Assembly: GCA_032718475.1 (NCBI GenBank)
Contig: JAUCBJ010000688.1
Span: 50,572-114,571 of the forward strand
Length of the DNA: 64,000 nt
Direction: 5' to 3'
DNA from: Nemertoderma westbladi
Taxonomy: Eukaryota; Animalia; Xenacoelomorpha
Of this stretch, positions 27,201-40,666 are shown one piece after another (the first letter of the stretch is position 1; the number at the start of each line of letters is the position of its first letter). The notes beneath the pieces are model-generated. The model had not been told where the DNA came from, did no database searches, and was given only the letters and a program-made list of their open reading frames with translations. The translations under genes were made by a program, and so were the position numbers.

Positions 27201-30200
27201 ACGTTCATTATGATAAAGATCATGGGATCATACCTGGGCAATATTATCAAAACAAGCAGAAAATAGTTCAATAAAGTACTGGTAATTGCGAGTGGAACAA
27301 TATGTTTGTAAAACAATAACTAACTTTATAACAAATCGGCAAATATTTAGGGTAAAGCAAAATATCGTAGCGTAGCATGAATTGTTGCGGTCCGGTACTT
27401 TACAAAGGCTGACAGAGTACGGGTACGGTATTCGACAAGCAAGCAAAGTTCATATTATTATTATTATTATTTGCTTCATATTTTAAATGGAATTGGAACT
27501 GGTGGCCTGGTTCATTTGAGACAGTTTTTTCATTGAGTTGACATCAGGATCAGGATGTCCATTGCCTGCTCTATCTAACCACTGCTACCACTAACATCAT
27601 GCCACATACTAAGAAGATCTAGAGATCCCAATCCTAAGGTAGGTAGGGGGGTACGACTGTTGCTGAGTATCAATTTTGTTGATCCAACATGGATAACTAC
27701 CACAACTCACCTGCTAAATATCAGGACATACTTTAATTAGATGTAAGCAGACAATGAATAACTCCGGATTCATAGAAATTATATCGAGTGAGGAACCCAG
27801 GTGGCAATATATCCAGCATATATGAGAGGCACAGTAAATCAATAGCAATACAACTAAGATATTACAGTTAGGTATAGTAGCATACCGCTATGTTATCTCT
27901 ATGATAAATACAAAAGGTATCGCAACAATAAAAATTTTTTAATTAAAATACCAAATAAAATATAGATTTAATATATTATATAATACCCGGTAGGCCCTAC
28001 TGACAACGGTCTAACTGTCTAACGGTCTCCAGTCGCAACGCAATAAGCAACACAAGACGCCGATTGTTCAGTTCATATATATAAAATACCGGAACCGGCC
28101 GACCGGAAACGGTACTGTAATAGTGTATATAATAAATAATAATAATAAATGTAAAAAATAATGTAGTTTAATTCATTTATAAGTAGGTTGGTTTCAGGCA
28201 CAGGGGTAAGGTGTGCCGTAATTTTAAACGATTGGCGTACCGGACCGGTAGGTCCAGGGAACTGCAGTGCAATTAAAAATAATTTCACTATTTTAATGAA
28301 TTACAATACCGTTAATTATATTTCATGTGTTTGTTGTTCAGTTTGTTATATTAAATGATCGGTCGAATTAAAGTAATTAAACAAATGTAAGCACCGCGAT
28401 TGCATGCAGGGCAGGGCACAGGGTTGCAGGCGCAGGGTATAGCTGGGGTTTGATAATGACTGATTGATGTACAGGTGCAATACTACAGATTCCTCCATCC
28501 AGAGCAGTTAAATTTTTCTATAGGTCAACTGCTGAATAAATTCAATGTTTACTTTTAAATTAAGTGTCAACTAGAGAGCTTAAAATTAAAGTAGAGTAGC
28601 TGAGTAGAAAAGGCCTGATTAGAAAAGTTTAACATTGAGGGCAGCTTCTTCTAAAGTTGTGTTCGGGAACAACCTCAAGCATCAAGGAGATTTGTTTCAG
28701 CAACATCTCGATCTCGGCAGTTCCCCATTTCCCAATACGCTACGCAGATAAGCGACAAAAGCAGACCTCGACCCCCACAGAGACAAAGACAAAACGCAGT
28801 CGGGAGGTCGGTGCCAGACAGCATAACCTGGGATTTTTCTTAAATCCTACATAGGCCCTAACCATATAATATTATTTTATTTCCTAGCGAAAATATATAA
28901 AAGTATAGGCTGCAAATAAAGTAGTCTAACTCTAACCTAATAACAAATAGGCCTACAAATTACGCCATACGGTAGGCCTACTGAATTAATCTGATATGTT
29001 CATTATTCACACCCTACAGCACTTCGGGGACGATACGAACATCCAAACAAACTGTAAAGATTGGCTCACCCCCCAGACAGCTAGACCCCTTTTTGACGGT
29101 TTCGGTTATCAGGTAATAGGATTACTGGTACGGATACGTAGAGGGTAATAAATACATACCCTCTGACGCGTGACGCATAACGGTACGGCACGGTTGCGGT
29201 AAACATAAGTAAATTCGGAACAATTATTAATAAAAATAAAAATGCCACGCCGATGCCACCTGATCACAAGCATACAATACTGCAATACCATGACAATGCT
29301 TTTACCATTCAGCGAGCAGGCCTGATAAAATAATCTTAAACAAACATATGACAGTATAGATATGCAAAAGATAAATAGATAAAAATCTTAAAATCTTAAC
29401 TCTGTAAACCGTACCTACACTGCTCAAACTCTAGGAATTAACAATGAACTGGTTGGCTGATACAACTTGGCTTAGTACCCGTGCTGGCCCTCTACCGGCT
29501 ACCAACGTCAAAACTATAGAAATAACGTTTATGCAATTCAAGGATGAACGGTAGGTGGCAACGTGATAAATCCTGGACATAGTACTGGTACACACTTTTA
29601 GGCAGCTCCCCGGCAGTAGAAAGTGTAAAGAATAAATTTGGTTTATATTTTATAACGAACCTGCCTATTAATAGGCCAGGGTAGTTCTTGTCAAGAGTTG
29701 AGCCGTTCAAAAACACGATGTGGTTGTGTGTGTGTGTATATATGTATAACCATCCAATATCTCATAAACTCAAGCAGGTACGCAAAAATTTTAATAACAA
29801 ACTCTACATAAATTTTGGTTGCGCCCACGTTTTGTGACGTTTCGATCACGGGGTCACTGAAAAATAGCGGTTTTGAAAATTTAAAGTCGAATTTCACCGA
29901 TTTCAACTCGTCGAGTATGCACCAACTTTTTTATTTGGGCTATTCAGTCACCTGAGCAACATATTTGAGCCTCAGAATCTTTTCAAATATCGCTAATCTC
30001 GCACAGAACGTCGCCAAAATTTGTTAGACCGGCAAAAAAACGCACTAATCGTCTAAAAGAGTAAATTATTGGTTGCAGAATAATATGATTCAACTAGAAA
30101 TGCCAGCCAGCTGGCTGTAAAGAGACCGTCAATATAGACAAACGTAGTGTTAGTTGGGTCCCTCATCATTCATTATCATCAACCTATAAAACATTTGAAC

Positions 30201-32260
30201 GGCCCAGTGCTTACAATGATATTCCCAAAGAATTCACTGGGAAGAGCTATTCAGCTGGCGGGGTAATACATTATACAAACTAACAGTTAATGTTTGATGG
30301 TTGATGTCTGGGATAGTGTGAGAGAGTAATAAATTTAGCAAGTAATATACTGTACTTCTGTGCATTTTGGGCCTATCTATTCAATAAATAGTAGTAGCTT
30401 ACTAGGCCCTCATGAGTACCAGCAGCTGGTGTTTCTATCGTTGAGTTGATGGCAATTTTCGTGTTTTCATTTTCGCTCACTCAGGGTACTGGTTTGAGGG
30501 GCATGTTCGTTTAAAGCCAGCTTGCTGGCTTTCTAGTTTGTATGTATTAAATAATATTAGATTTTTAAATAATAATAATGGTAGAATCCCACAAGTAAAA
30601 TTCTTTATTAAATAGCGAATATTTGAAAAAAAGGGTTAATTGCATTTAAGTTAATTTGCAACAAAATAATTAGGCCTATATTTATCTAATAAATGAAAAT
30701 ATATAATTCCGACTTTAATTGGCTCCTACCATGACTTTCTATCCTACTCTACTGGGGTAGACTACACCGTAGCCCGTTTATCGTGATAAACGATTGTTAA
30801 GGTCATTTTTTTAAAAACATTATAGCTGGGTGGGGTTTGTTAGATAAACGCATAAATGGCCCACACTCACTCTCACTCACTCTCATTTGAAAACACGTAA
30901 AATGTAAAATTGCAGAGAGAAATTCCGGACAAAGAATAGCTGTAAAACCGGACAGAGACAGTTCGGGCACGACTGGACGACAGTTCAGTTCTGAGACCCC
31001 GTTGATAAATCAGTCTTACTGTTTAATAAAAAAACTTGAATTTGCAATATAGGCCTACTGTAGGCCTAAATTAATAAAAATACGAAGTGATTGTCATTAT
31101 CGCTAGTACGAGCAAATGTGCATGATTTTATCTCCCTAGGCCTACTGTCTGTCTGTATTGAGACCGGGGGCCCAATCGAGATGATTGATGGGTGTAAGTG
31201 ATGTGAGCGGTAATTGTTTACTGACAGTATGGCCTAGCGGAGGACATCCAAACCAAGATATTGAACGTAAATTCTGAGGGGCCAAACTGTAATCATCTCC
31301 CTTCCACACGAGTATAATAAGATATACAGTAGGACCAACATATGTTTGTTCTCCGCCCTTCCCATAGCAGTGAGCAGCAGCACTTGAAGAAAGCAAAAGC
31401 TGGTTTTCAAATCTACTTCTGTCTGTATTTTAATTAATTTTTTTCAATTGAAATTTGATGAGTCAAAATAAGAACATATGCAGTGGACCAGTCCCTGGGA
31501 GATATTGACACAAATAGTGAAGGGCCGAGCCGAAATCATCTCCGTTCCTATAGGTATATAAAAAGCCTTACCAACCAACATAAGTTTCACATTGACAAGT
31601 CTCATAGCTGCATGCACAAATTAATTGAAAGCAGTTTTTAAAATCTACTTGAGGTGTCTTTTTAGAAAAAGAAGAGATGAAGTGCTGTTTCAGGTTTAAT
31701 TAGAAACGGGTCTATTTCAGTTACTTTGATTATAATTTACCTTGCCGGTATTTTAGAATATATTTCGTTTGTTATTCATCACCCATCCGTTAAGTGTTTT
31801 TATGAGGTTACTTTAATCTAACTAAATTATATTGAACATTAATATATTTTTTTACGTTACTTAATATATCTATGATGTAGTTAAGTCCCTCTGCCTATCA
31901 AACAAACACACAGGCGCATAGAATAATTAGGATGCATGCGACCTCACTACAAAATGTCTAGCAGTCAATGTAGGCCTACTCAAAAACAATAAGGCCATAC
32001 TTAAAATCACACTGCCCTAGGTATAGAAAGTATGCATTCCGGCACAAAATTACTCCTCAGTGAAAACCCAATACGGTAAAATTACCTTAATGCAAATTCC
32101 ATAATGTAATATTAAAACCACAAGTTAATGGAACATACTTATGGTGAAAAAATATCCTTGAGGATTAAGCACACTAAGAAGGCTCTCTGTTTATTTTGTG
32201 TCCGAAAATAAGCGTATATCATACTTGGCCGGGCTGGTAGACATTATAGTGTGTTTGATA

Positions 32261-34107
32261 CTACTACTACTACTACTAGGATCGGCATGCTGCATTGCAG
32301 CTCCATTTTTAAGAATGCTGTGCCGGCTTGTCAACAAAATTGCACCGCCACAACTCCCTATCACGATCACCCATGACATTTGCTAGATCATCCGCATCTT
32401 CAAGGCCAGTGTCCTTTAAGATGCGTCTCAAGAAAGTCATGGGCTGTCCACCATGCTTATTCACTCCATGAGGCTGCCAAAGTACAAGATTATGCACTGG
32501 CTGGTCCTCACGGCGAAAGCAATGTCCTGCAAAGCGGAGACGATTTTGTTCTAGTGTCAAGCTTGGGGGAACCAATGAGACACCTCCAATGTTATATAGT
32601 GTCTGGTTGGAGATGTGTGCATTGTACTTGACACAATGAACCCGGCGTAGCATTCTTGTGAATGTGCCATCCAGAGATTTGGTGTCCTCAGCAGTTAGAG
32701 CCCAGCATGGACTCCCATAGAGGAGTACTGGAACTACTGCTGCTCTAAATAATCGGACCTTAAGTTTCCGATTAATTCTCGGTGACTTCCAAATCCTGGA
32801 AAGCCTATTCAAGGCTGCCCATTCCTTTCCCTTACGTATTCGAAGGTCCTCACCTGACTTCCGGATCCATGATCCCAGGTAACAGAAGTCGTCCACATGC
32901 TCAAGCATACCATCCTTTGAGCTTATGCTCATCCGATCAGAGACTTGCTGAGGACTTTCAAAGTTAACTGTCAGAATTTTGGTCTTTCTGGAGTTAATAA
33001 AAAGACCAACACTAGAAGCAGCATGTTCTAATGAGCTGAGGAGCCGTTGGGCTCCCTCTAATGATTCTGAGAGTACTCCTAAGTCATCAGCAAAGTCTAG
33101 ATCAGTTAGGTACTTGGCAGGATTTCCTCGACTTCTGGAGCCAGTAGGTGGAGTTATCATCACCCCATCATCATTATAATGATCTAAGGACATACGTAGA
33201 ACATAGTCAACCACAATAATGAACAAGAATGGTGCAAGTGTGTCTCTTTGGAGGACGCCCCATAACACTTCAAATGGTTCTGTGTCACCGTCAACAGTAG
33301 ACACAAATGTTGTCGAACCATCGTATACTGATCTGATTGCTGCAATAATTTCATCAGGAATCCCATATAATGAAAGTATGCTGAACATACGTGAGCGAGA
33401 GACTGAATCAAAGGCCTTGAAGAAGTCAACAAAAATAACAGCCAGATGCCTGTCTTTCTTTTTTGATAACTCTTCAATTATCCTTCTAAGTGCCAAAATG
33501 GGCTCCATGGTCCCACGACCTTTACGGAACCCATTCTGATTTCCACGGAGCAGTCTCTCAATGGGATCCCTGATGCGATTTAATAGAATCCTATTGTATA
33601 GCTTTGCAGCAATCGAGATCAATGAGATTCCCCGAAAAGAACCATAGAGTGTTAGGTTGCCCTTCTTGGGAACTGGCACCAACTTATTTGTTTTCATTTC
33701 TTGTGGGACTCTTGTTGTTCGGTACATGTCTACTATGATGGGATAGATGAGCTTTAAATACTCAGGTATTTTAAAGACCTCAGGGGGAACACCATCTACT
33801 CCACTGGCACGATTGGTCTTAATGCTCTTTGCAGCAGCCTTCACTTCTGCAAAGGAGATATCGCCAATGGGAATATCTGGGAGTACAGACTCAGACACTT
33901 TTACTTCTATAAAGTTATCAGGCAATACCCTGTCATTATTGAGGAGCTTTCAAAGTGGGCTTTCCAACCATTGAGGCGATCGGCTGGTGATTCAGCCTTA
34001 ACCTTGGTGGTTGGTTGGCTTTTCCGCCCAGTAAGCAGATTGATCGATTTCCATGCCTGGGATGATTGCCTGCTATGCTGTCGTCAGCATCATTGATGGC
34101 ATCAACC
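32261..34107 (-). mobile_element. 5'-truncated RTE-clade non-LTR retrotransposon (LINE)
   Basis: RT ORF, very short 3' UTR ending in a (TAG)n tail (plus-strand CTA repeats 32261-32278), and a 9-bp TSD TGTTTGATA at 32252-32260 and 34108-34116. Endonuclease domain absent. Confidence 0.9.
32309..33925 (-). pseudogene. Reverse transcriptase portion of the LINE ORF (538 aa open, truncated)
   Basis: Motifs PVPKKG, RGISLIS, QNGFRKGR, FVDFFKAFDSV, GVLQRDTLAPFLF (normally QGD), LDFADDL, YLGS. The ORF starts at TTG, not ATG, and upstream 33926-34107 is frameshifted. Confidence 0.88.
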
Positions 34108-34206
34108 TGTTTGATAGTAGGCCTAAACGACGATGAATGACAATTAATTACGGTTACAGGCGGGTGATATAAGGAAAGTTGGTATAAGCAGTATTACTGA
34201 AACAAT

Positions 34207-34406
34207 GGGTGTAAACGCCGAGAACCGACTACCGACAACCAACGTCGACAACCATTATTAAAGCTAATTAATGTTATTTATTAATTAAGGGAAAGAAACA
34301 GGTTACAGTGGAAGGTTATTCTAACCAAAACGATAAACGAGAGTTACGAACCCAGGTTACATTTTCATATTTGCTATTGTCGGTTGTCGGCGTAGCGTTT
34401 ACTCCC
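34207..34406. mobile_element. 200-bp Mutator-type MITE
   Basis: TIR GGGTGTAAACGC / GCGTTTACTCCC, subterminal CCGACAA repeats, perfect 9-bp TSD TGAAACAAT (34198-34206, 34407-34415). Confidence 0.88.
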
Positions 34407-35873
34407 TGAAACAATCGTTATAAATCGGTTAAAGACAATTTTATGGAATAAAATTTTTGTCCATTTTTGCTTCGGCCACTTTTGTGATTAAGTACATATA
34501 TAACCACCTCCCAAGCCTCCATTACCTTCGAAGGACCTGCGGTTAGGACTTCATTACTGCATATACGAGATTACCATACACTTTTGCAAAACCCCCTTTC
34601 GTTAGGACAGTAGTAAACTAGTAGCAAGCTAGTACAGTAGCAACTTTAGTAGCTAACTAAACAACTATACTAATACAGACGTTGTTGGCTGTTGTTTCTC
34701 AGAGATTCAAATGTTTTTTTTTCTATTTCCGAAACGCCGCTGCTGCCCTACCCGGTTGACACTCCTACCGAATCATTGCATTGTAACATTCTACCACACA
34801 TTGAATATTTAGAGGATTTACGCCAGCCCATAACTCACATTCCTGTTAGTTGTGGCAGCAGTCTACTATACCTTATAATACAAGCTATGCTATTGGTAAG
34901 CTGTCCCGTCATCACCCTTATCATCGTCATTGATTTTATTGCAATTCGGGAAATTGTCGAAAGAAAATTATAATTGAATTGAATTGTATTGTATTGAAGG
35001 CGCCGAACGAAATCGAGAGATGTAGTGGTGGGATCGATGACTTGTAGCTGAATGCAATGCAGGACAGGGCCGGATAATTATTGATCAAATTACTCCCTCT
35101 CCCCACCCCTCCCTTAACGATTATAACACAGACGAGACGACCCAGATATTATGTTGTGTCTCGGCACATCTAATAGCAGTGCGTGCAATACTTGGTTGCT
35201 GGTTTTGCTTACAGCTATTTGAGCAAAGAGCAATGCTATAAATTTAATTTCAGATAATCGCATTGGCACAGAAATGGTAAATCTTGAACTAAGAAAGGAG
35301 GTTCTTAAAGCACTTTGTTGTGTGAGGCAATAAGCTTAAAATAATAATATAATAGCTAGTTAGACCGAACGAAAACAATGCTGGCTCCGAGAGTCTGGCC
35401 CCACAATGTCGCCCCCTACAAGTGTCGGCCATTTACGGGAGGGAAAACCGTAAATGTTCGCTGTTCGCTTACAAAGGGCTTGTTCCACTAATACCTCTAA
35501 TTACATAGGCCGAAAGGCGCCGCCACAATAAACCTATCTGGTGTAGATACCGGCCTCAGGGCCGGAGTATATTAGAGTTTTAATATCACCTACCTCTGTT
35601 TTTGTACACACACCCCTAAGGGCCCTTAAGCGTCTTGCGTTTTATTATTATAAGTTAATGATAATAAAGTCGTCCTGTAGTCTGAAGCCCGTGGGTCAGA
35701 CATGTTTTATACAAATTCTTGCGGCGGCGGATTTGCAGACAATGTTGGCGCCGGAAATACCATAGGTTGTGTTGGAGTTGATACCCCAAAGGCTGTCTGT
35801 AGCACTTGCTGGTTGGATATTGAGGCATGTGTTTTCGTTCGCAGGACTTTAGATCCCAGAGGAGTTTAGATCT

Positions 35874-36248
35874 GGTGAGTACAAAACAAAGACCAAAGAC
35901 TCAAGACCTAGTACAAAACACATGCGTTAACTTTCGTTTATTGTTTTGGTTCCTCCAACACGCCTCGTAAACAGCTCCTTTACTAACCAGCTCCTTTAAA
36001 TGGCAATGGGACCTAACACTCTTTTGGACCTGTACAAAACAAAGAGGTAAAGTCGCGTTATGTGCCAAAGAGCGTTAGGTCTCAAAGAGCGTTAGGTCTC
36101 AAAGAGCGTTAGGTACCATTGCCATTTAAGCAGGTTAATAAACGAGCAGGTTACATAGGCGTGTTGGAGGAACCAAAACAATAAACGAAAGTTAACACAT
36201 GTGTTTTGTACAGGTCTTTATTATTTGGGTCTTTGTTTTGTACTGACC
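35874..36248. mobile_element. Foldback MITE with ~145-bp inverted arms and central short repeats
   Basis: GGTGAGTACAAAACAAAGACC ... GGTCTTTGTTTTGTACTGACC. Arms ~35874-36020 and ~36105-36248; centre has CAAAGAGCGTTAGGTCT x3. No TSD found. Confidence 0.85.
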
Positions 36249-37100
36249 AAGTTTGTTGGTCAGGCACATATATTGAGTTATTGCCATTAAAATTGAATTA
36301 AATAAGGTTTGTGCCGCCACTACCGTAATTTGCGAATGCTGACAAGCGGAATCTAAAGTCTCCCGGGATTAAAAGTCGCCAAACATATTTTCTTTAAAAT
36401 ATCTCCATCAATTTTAATGTCCGTTTCATTTGCGGACAAGAAGTAATGATCCAATCAATCTTCCAAATGTACAAATAATTAAAATAAACACATTTAAATT
36501 TATTTATTATTAACAAATTAACGTTATTTCTATTTACATTAAATAATAATATAATATTTATTTACAACAGAGCACATGCGAGTACAAAAATTAATGCAGC
36601 TACGGGTTGGCACCTAGACAGTAAATTTGGCTTTCCTTGGCATGCGTATTTACATGGTGTGTGATTCTAAACAATTTTCTTACACAAAGAGAACTTACCA
36701 ATAACGACATTCCCTTATATACGAAGTGAAAATAATTAACTATATTATTTGAGACAAACAAGACGTAAATGAAGTCCGACTTATAAATTGGACGTTGTGG
36801 AATTAATAATTCTAGAACATCTCAGCAGTTCGTTGTTAATTAAATTTATTAGGTGACCGCAGCAGCAAAACGTTCTACACTTTATTAAGATAGTGTTCAA
36901 CTAAATGATCAGACACAATACGGTAATAAAATGAAAATGGAAATTGAATTCGAATTCGAAAATAACTGAAATTTTTGTTTAATAAAAAAAAGCCAAATAT
37001 ATCAATAATTGTATTTGTCCTACTTTAATATTCCAATATTTCATATCAAATTCAATATAATAAATAGTACTATATCCACGAACCAGACAATAAAAGATAA

Positions 37101-37274
37101 GCCGACAACCATTATTAAAAGTAATTAATATTATTTATTAATTGGGGTAAAGGAACACGTTTAGTTATTCTAACCAAACAACAAACGAGAGTCACGATCT
37201 CAGGTTACATTTTTATATTTACTATTGTCGGCAGTGGTTGTCGGCTGTCGGTTGTCGTCGTAGCATTTAAATCC
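37101..37274. mobile_element. Older, partial copy of the 34207-34406 MITE family
   Basis: Shares CGACAACCATTATTAAA ... GTTATTCTAACCAAA ... CAGGTTACATTTT ... CTATTGTCGG with 34207-34406. Confidence 0.8.
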
Positions 37275-37522
37275 ATGAATTAGAAAGGTTTGAGTTTAAT
37301 TTGGGTATTTCTGACACAAATTGTACTATTTTGATTTAGTTATCTGGCATATACTTTCAAATAAATGAAATTTTATTAAAAATTTAAATTTAATTGAAAC
37401 ACTCAAAAATTCAAGCAAATTCAATATGCAACGCAATTTCATATTTTCGATTTCGATTTCCACGGGCAATGAACCGTAACCAACAATAATCCCCAAAACT
37501 GTTACACGTCTTCTACAATCCC

Positions 37523-37675
37523 TCAGACACCCACAGCAAAGGGTTGGCCTTGGCCACCTCCTGACCCCCTGGGATTCACACCAAACAGATGTTCTTCCAA
37601 CCGGGGTGCCAATGGGTTACTTAGGGTGGCGTTAAACGTTCCCTTCATTAGGGTATCCATCAGCAATGGTGACAG
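37523..37675 (-). CDS. STPG2: Last coding exon of a sperm-tail PG-rich repeat protein (STPG2-like)
   Basis: Acceptor ttttttttcag|CTG. 153 nt, phase 0, reading LSPLLMDTLMKGTFNATLSNPLAPRLEEHLFGVNPRGSGGGQGQPFAVGV-stop, in frame with the exon at 41516-41637. LSP...LKGTFNxTL resembles the STPG2 C-terminus as I recall it. AATAAA on the minus strand at 37372-37377. Confidence 0.75.
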   Translation of the reverse strand: MSPLLMDTLMKGTFNATLSNPLAPRLEEHLFGVNPRGSGGGQGQPFAVGV

Positions 37676-37781
37676 CTGAAAAAAATATGAAAATATTAAC
37701 TGTTATACGGCGTTTATTGTATGTATTTAGAAAATGTCGTAATATATAAAAAATTAAACACATTTTATAAATTGGTTAGTA

Positions 37782-38761
37782 AAACAAGTTAGTTAGTTAC
37801 AGGCACCTCGTCCAGAAAGAAGTAAGCACGTTTAGCATACGGGTACCACTATGGGGCGAGCCACGAATTAAGCACGTTTAGCATACGGGTACCACTATGG
37901 GGCGAGCCACGAATTAAGCAGGTTTAGCATACGGGTACCACTATGGGGCGAGCCACGAATTAAGCAGGTTTAGCATACGGGTACCACTATGGGGCGAGCC
38001 ACGAATTAAGCACGTTTAGCATACAGGTACCAATATGGGGCGAGCCACGAATTAAGCACGTTTAGAATACGGGTACCACTATGGGGCGAGCCACGAATTA
38101 AGCACGTTTAGCATACGGGTGCCACTATGGGGCGAGCCACGAATTAAGCAGGTTTAGCATAAGGGTACCACTATGGGGCGAGCCACGAATTAAGCAGGTT
38201 TAGCATAGACAGGGTACCACTATGGGGCGAGCCACGAATTAAGCAGGTTTAGCATAGGGGTACTACTATGGGGCGAGCCACGAATTAAGCAGGTTTAGCA
38301 TAAGGGTACCACTATGGGGCGAGCCACGAATTAAGCAAGTTTAGCATAGACAGGGTACCACTATGGGGCGAGCCACGAATAAAGCAGGTTTAGCATAGGG
38401 GTACTACTATGGGGCGAGCCATGAATTAAGCAGGTTTAGCATACGGGTACCACTATGGGGCGAGCCACGAATAAAGCAGGTTTAGCATACAGGGTACCAC
38501 AATTTTCAACCGTTACCTAGTCGCCCTCTAGCGCGAGACTGGAGAACTGCTGAATCGGCCCACGCAAATTCTATTTCAGTGTTTTACTATATGTGTATTT
38601 GTGTATCAAAGTTTGGTTTAATTTCATCAAAGATTAACTTGAGTTATTAGCCTTCGAACATTTGCTCTTAGACCGTCAGACTGACAGACAGACAACGGTT
38701 CAAATAGTATGCTAAGCTCTCTTACTTCATGGCTCGCCCCACAAAGGGGTTGGTTGGTAAA
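37782..38761 (+). mobile_element. Non-autonomous Helentron/HINE (DINE-1-like) element carrying a tandem array
   Basis: AAACAAG start, tandem array, (GACA)n-like tract at 38671-38694, subterminal inverted copy of the repeat at 38707-38741, and terminal hairpin CCCC-ACAAA-GGGG at 38737-38749. Confidence 0.6.
37823..38500. repeat. 46-bp tandem repeat, about 14-15 copies
   Basis: Unit TAAGCASGTTTAGCATACGGGTACCACTATGGGGCGAGCCACGAAT; some copies carry a short insertion (AGAC/A). Confidence 0.95.
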
Positions 38762-38815
38762 TTATACATGAAACTTTAGTTAGATATTCGGTATTTCATT
38801 AAAGTTTTCCGTATC

Positions 38816-40363
38816 GAGAGAGGCTCATCTTAGTGACACTAACTACGGCGCACCAGTTCTTACTGGAGAGAGGCTCATCTTAGTGACACTAACTACGGCG
38901 CACCAGTTCTTACTGGAGAGAGGCTCATCTTAGTGACACTAACTACGGCGCACCAGTTCTTACTGGAGAGAGGCTCATCTTAGTGACACTAACTACGGCG
39001 CACCAGTTCTTACTGGAGAGAGGCTCATCTTAGTGACACTAACAACGGCGCACCAGTTCTTACTGGAGAGAGGCTCATCTTAGTGACACTAACTACGGCG
39101 CACCAGTTCTTACTGGAGAGAGGCTCATCTTAGTGACACTAACTACGGCGCACCAGTTCTTACTGGAGAGAGGCTCATCTTAGTGACACTAACTACGGCG
39201 CCCCAGTTCTTACTGGAGAGAGGCTCATCTTAGTGACACTAACTACGGCGCACCAGTTCTTACTGGAGAGAGGCTCATCTTAGTGACAGTAACTACGGCG
39301 CACCAGTTCTTACTGGAGAGAGGCTCATCTTAGTGACACTAACTACGGCGCACCAGTTCTTACTGGAGAGAGGCTCATCTTAGTGACACTAACTACGGCG
39401 CACCAGTTCTTACTGGAGAGAGGCTCATCTTAGTGACACTAACTACGGCGCCCCAGTTCTTACTGGAGAGAGGCTCATCTTAGTGACACTAACTACGGCG
39501 CACCAGTTCTTACTGGAGAGAGGCTCATCTTAGTGACACTAACTACGGCGCCCCAGTTCTTACTGGAGAGAGGCTCATCTTAGTGACACTAACTACGGCG
39601 CACCAGTTCTTACTGGAGAGAGGCTCATCTTAGTGACACTAACTACGGCGCACCAGTTCTTACTGGAGAGAGGCTCATCTTAGTGACACTAACTACGGCG
39701 CACCAGTTCTTACTGGAGAGAGGCTCATCTTAGTGACACTAACTACGGCGCACCAGTTCTTACTGGAGAGAGGCTCATCTTAGTGACACTAACTACGGCG
39801 CACCAGTTCTTACTGGAGAGAGGCTCATCTTAGTGACACTAACTACGGCGCACCAGTTCTTACTGGAGAGAGGCTCATCTTAGTGACACTAACTACGGCG
39901 CACCAGTTCTTACTGGAGAGAGGCTCATCTTAGTGACACTAACTACGGCGCACCAGTTCTTACTGGAGAGAGGCTCATCTTAGTGACACTAACTACGGCG
40001 CACCAGTTCTTACTGGAGAGAGGCTCATCTTAGTGACACTAACTACGGCGCCCCAGTTCTTACTGGAGAGAGGCTCATCTTAGTGACACTAACTACGGCG
40101 CACCAGTTCTTACTGGAGAGAGGCTCATCTTAGTGACACTAACTACGGCGCCCCAGTTCTTACTGGAGAGAGGCTCATCTTAGTGACACTAACTACGGCG
40201 CCCCAGTTCTTACTGGAGAGAGGCTCATCTTAGTGACACTAACTACGGCGCCCCAGTTCTTACTGGAGAGAGGCTCATCTTAGTGACACTAACTACGGCG
40301 CCCCAGTTCTTACTGGAGAGAGGCTCATCTTAGTGACACTAACTACGGCGCACCAGTTCTTAC
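38816..40363. repeat. 50-bp satellite, 31 near-identical copies
   Basis: Unit AGGCTCATCTTAGTGACACTAACTACGGCGCACCAGTTCTTACTGGAGAG at an exact 50-bp period from 38821 to 40321. Confidence 0.98.
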
Positions 40364-40666
40364 AGAATGACTCTTCTTGCCCATTTGAACAATACCAGTT
40401 TTTCACTTTTCGGTCGAAATTATTTTAAAAAGTTATAAAGAATTTGTATTTTATTAATTTAACGTTATTAGCGTTTCATTGCGCTTTATCGCTTCTATCT
40501 TATAACATGTACAGATTCTAATTAGTTTATTGTTTTGGTTAGACTTTCTATAAACTAGGTTTTTACTTAAAACCTGCTATTCTTCACATGGAGGTAAACT
40601 GCTAAGTGAAAGTGAAATATAACATCATAAAGGCTGGTATACTTCAATGGGCCATGGCTCTTAACT

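Noticed and set aside
37823-40363. CRISPR array interpretation of the 46-bp and 50-bp arrays
   Set aside because: Units are head-to-tail with no unique spacers, there are no cas genes, and the context is eukaryotic.
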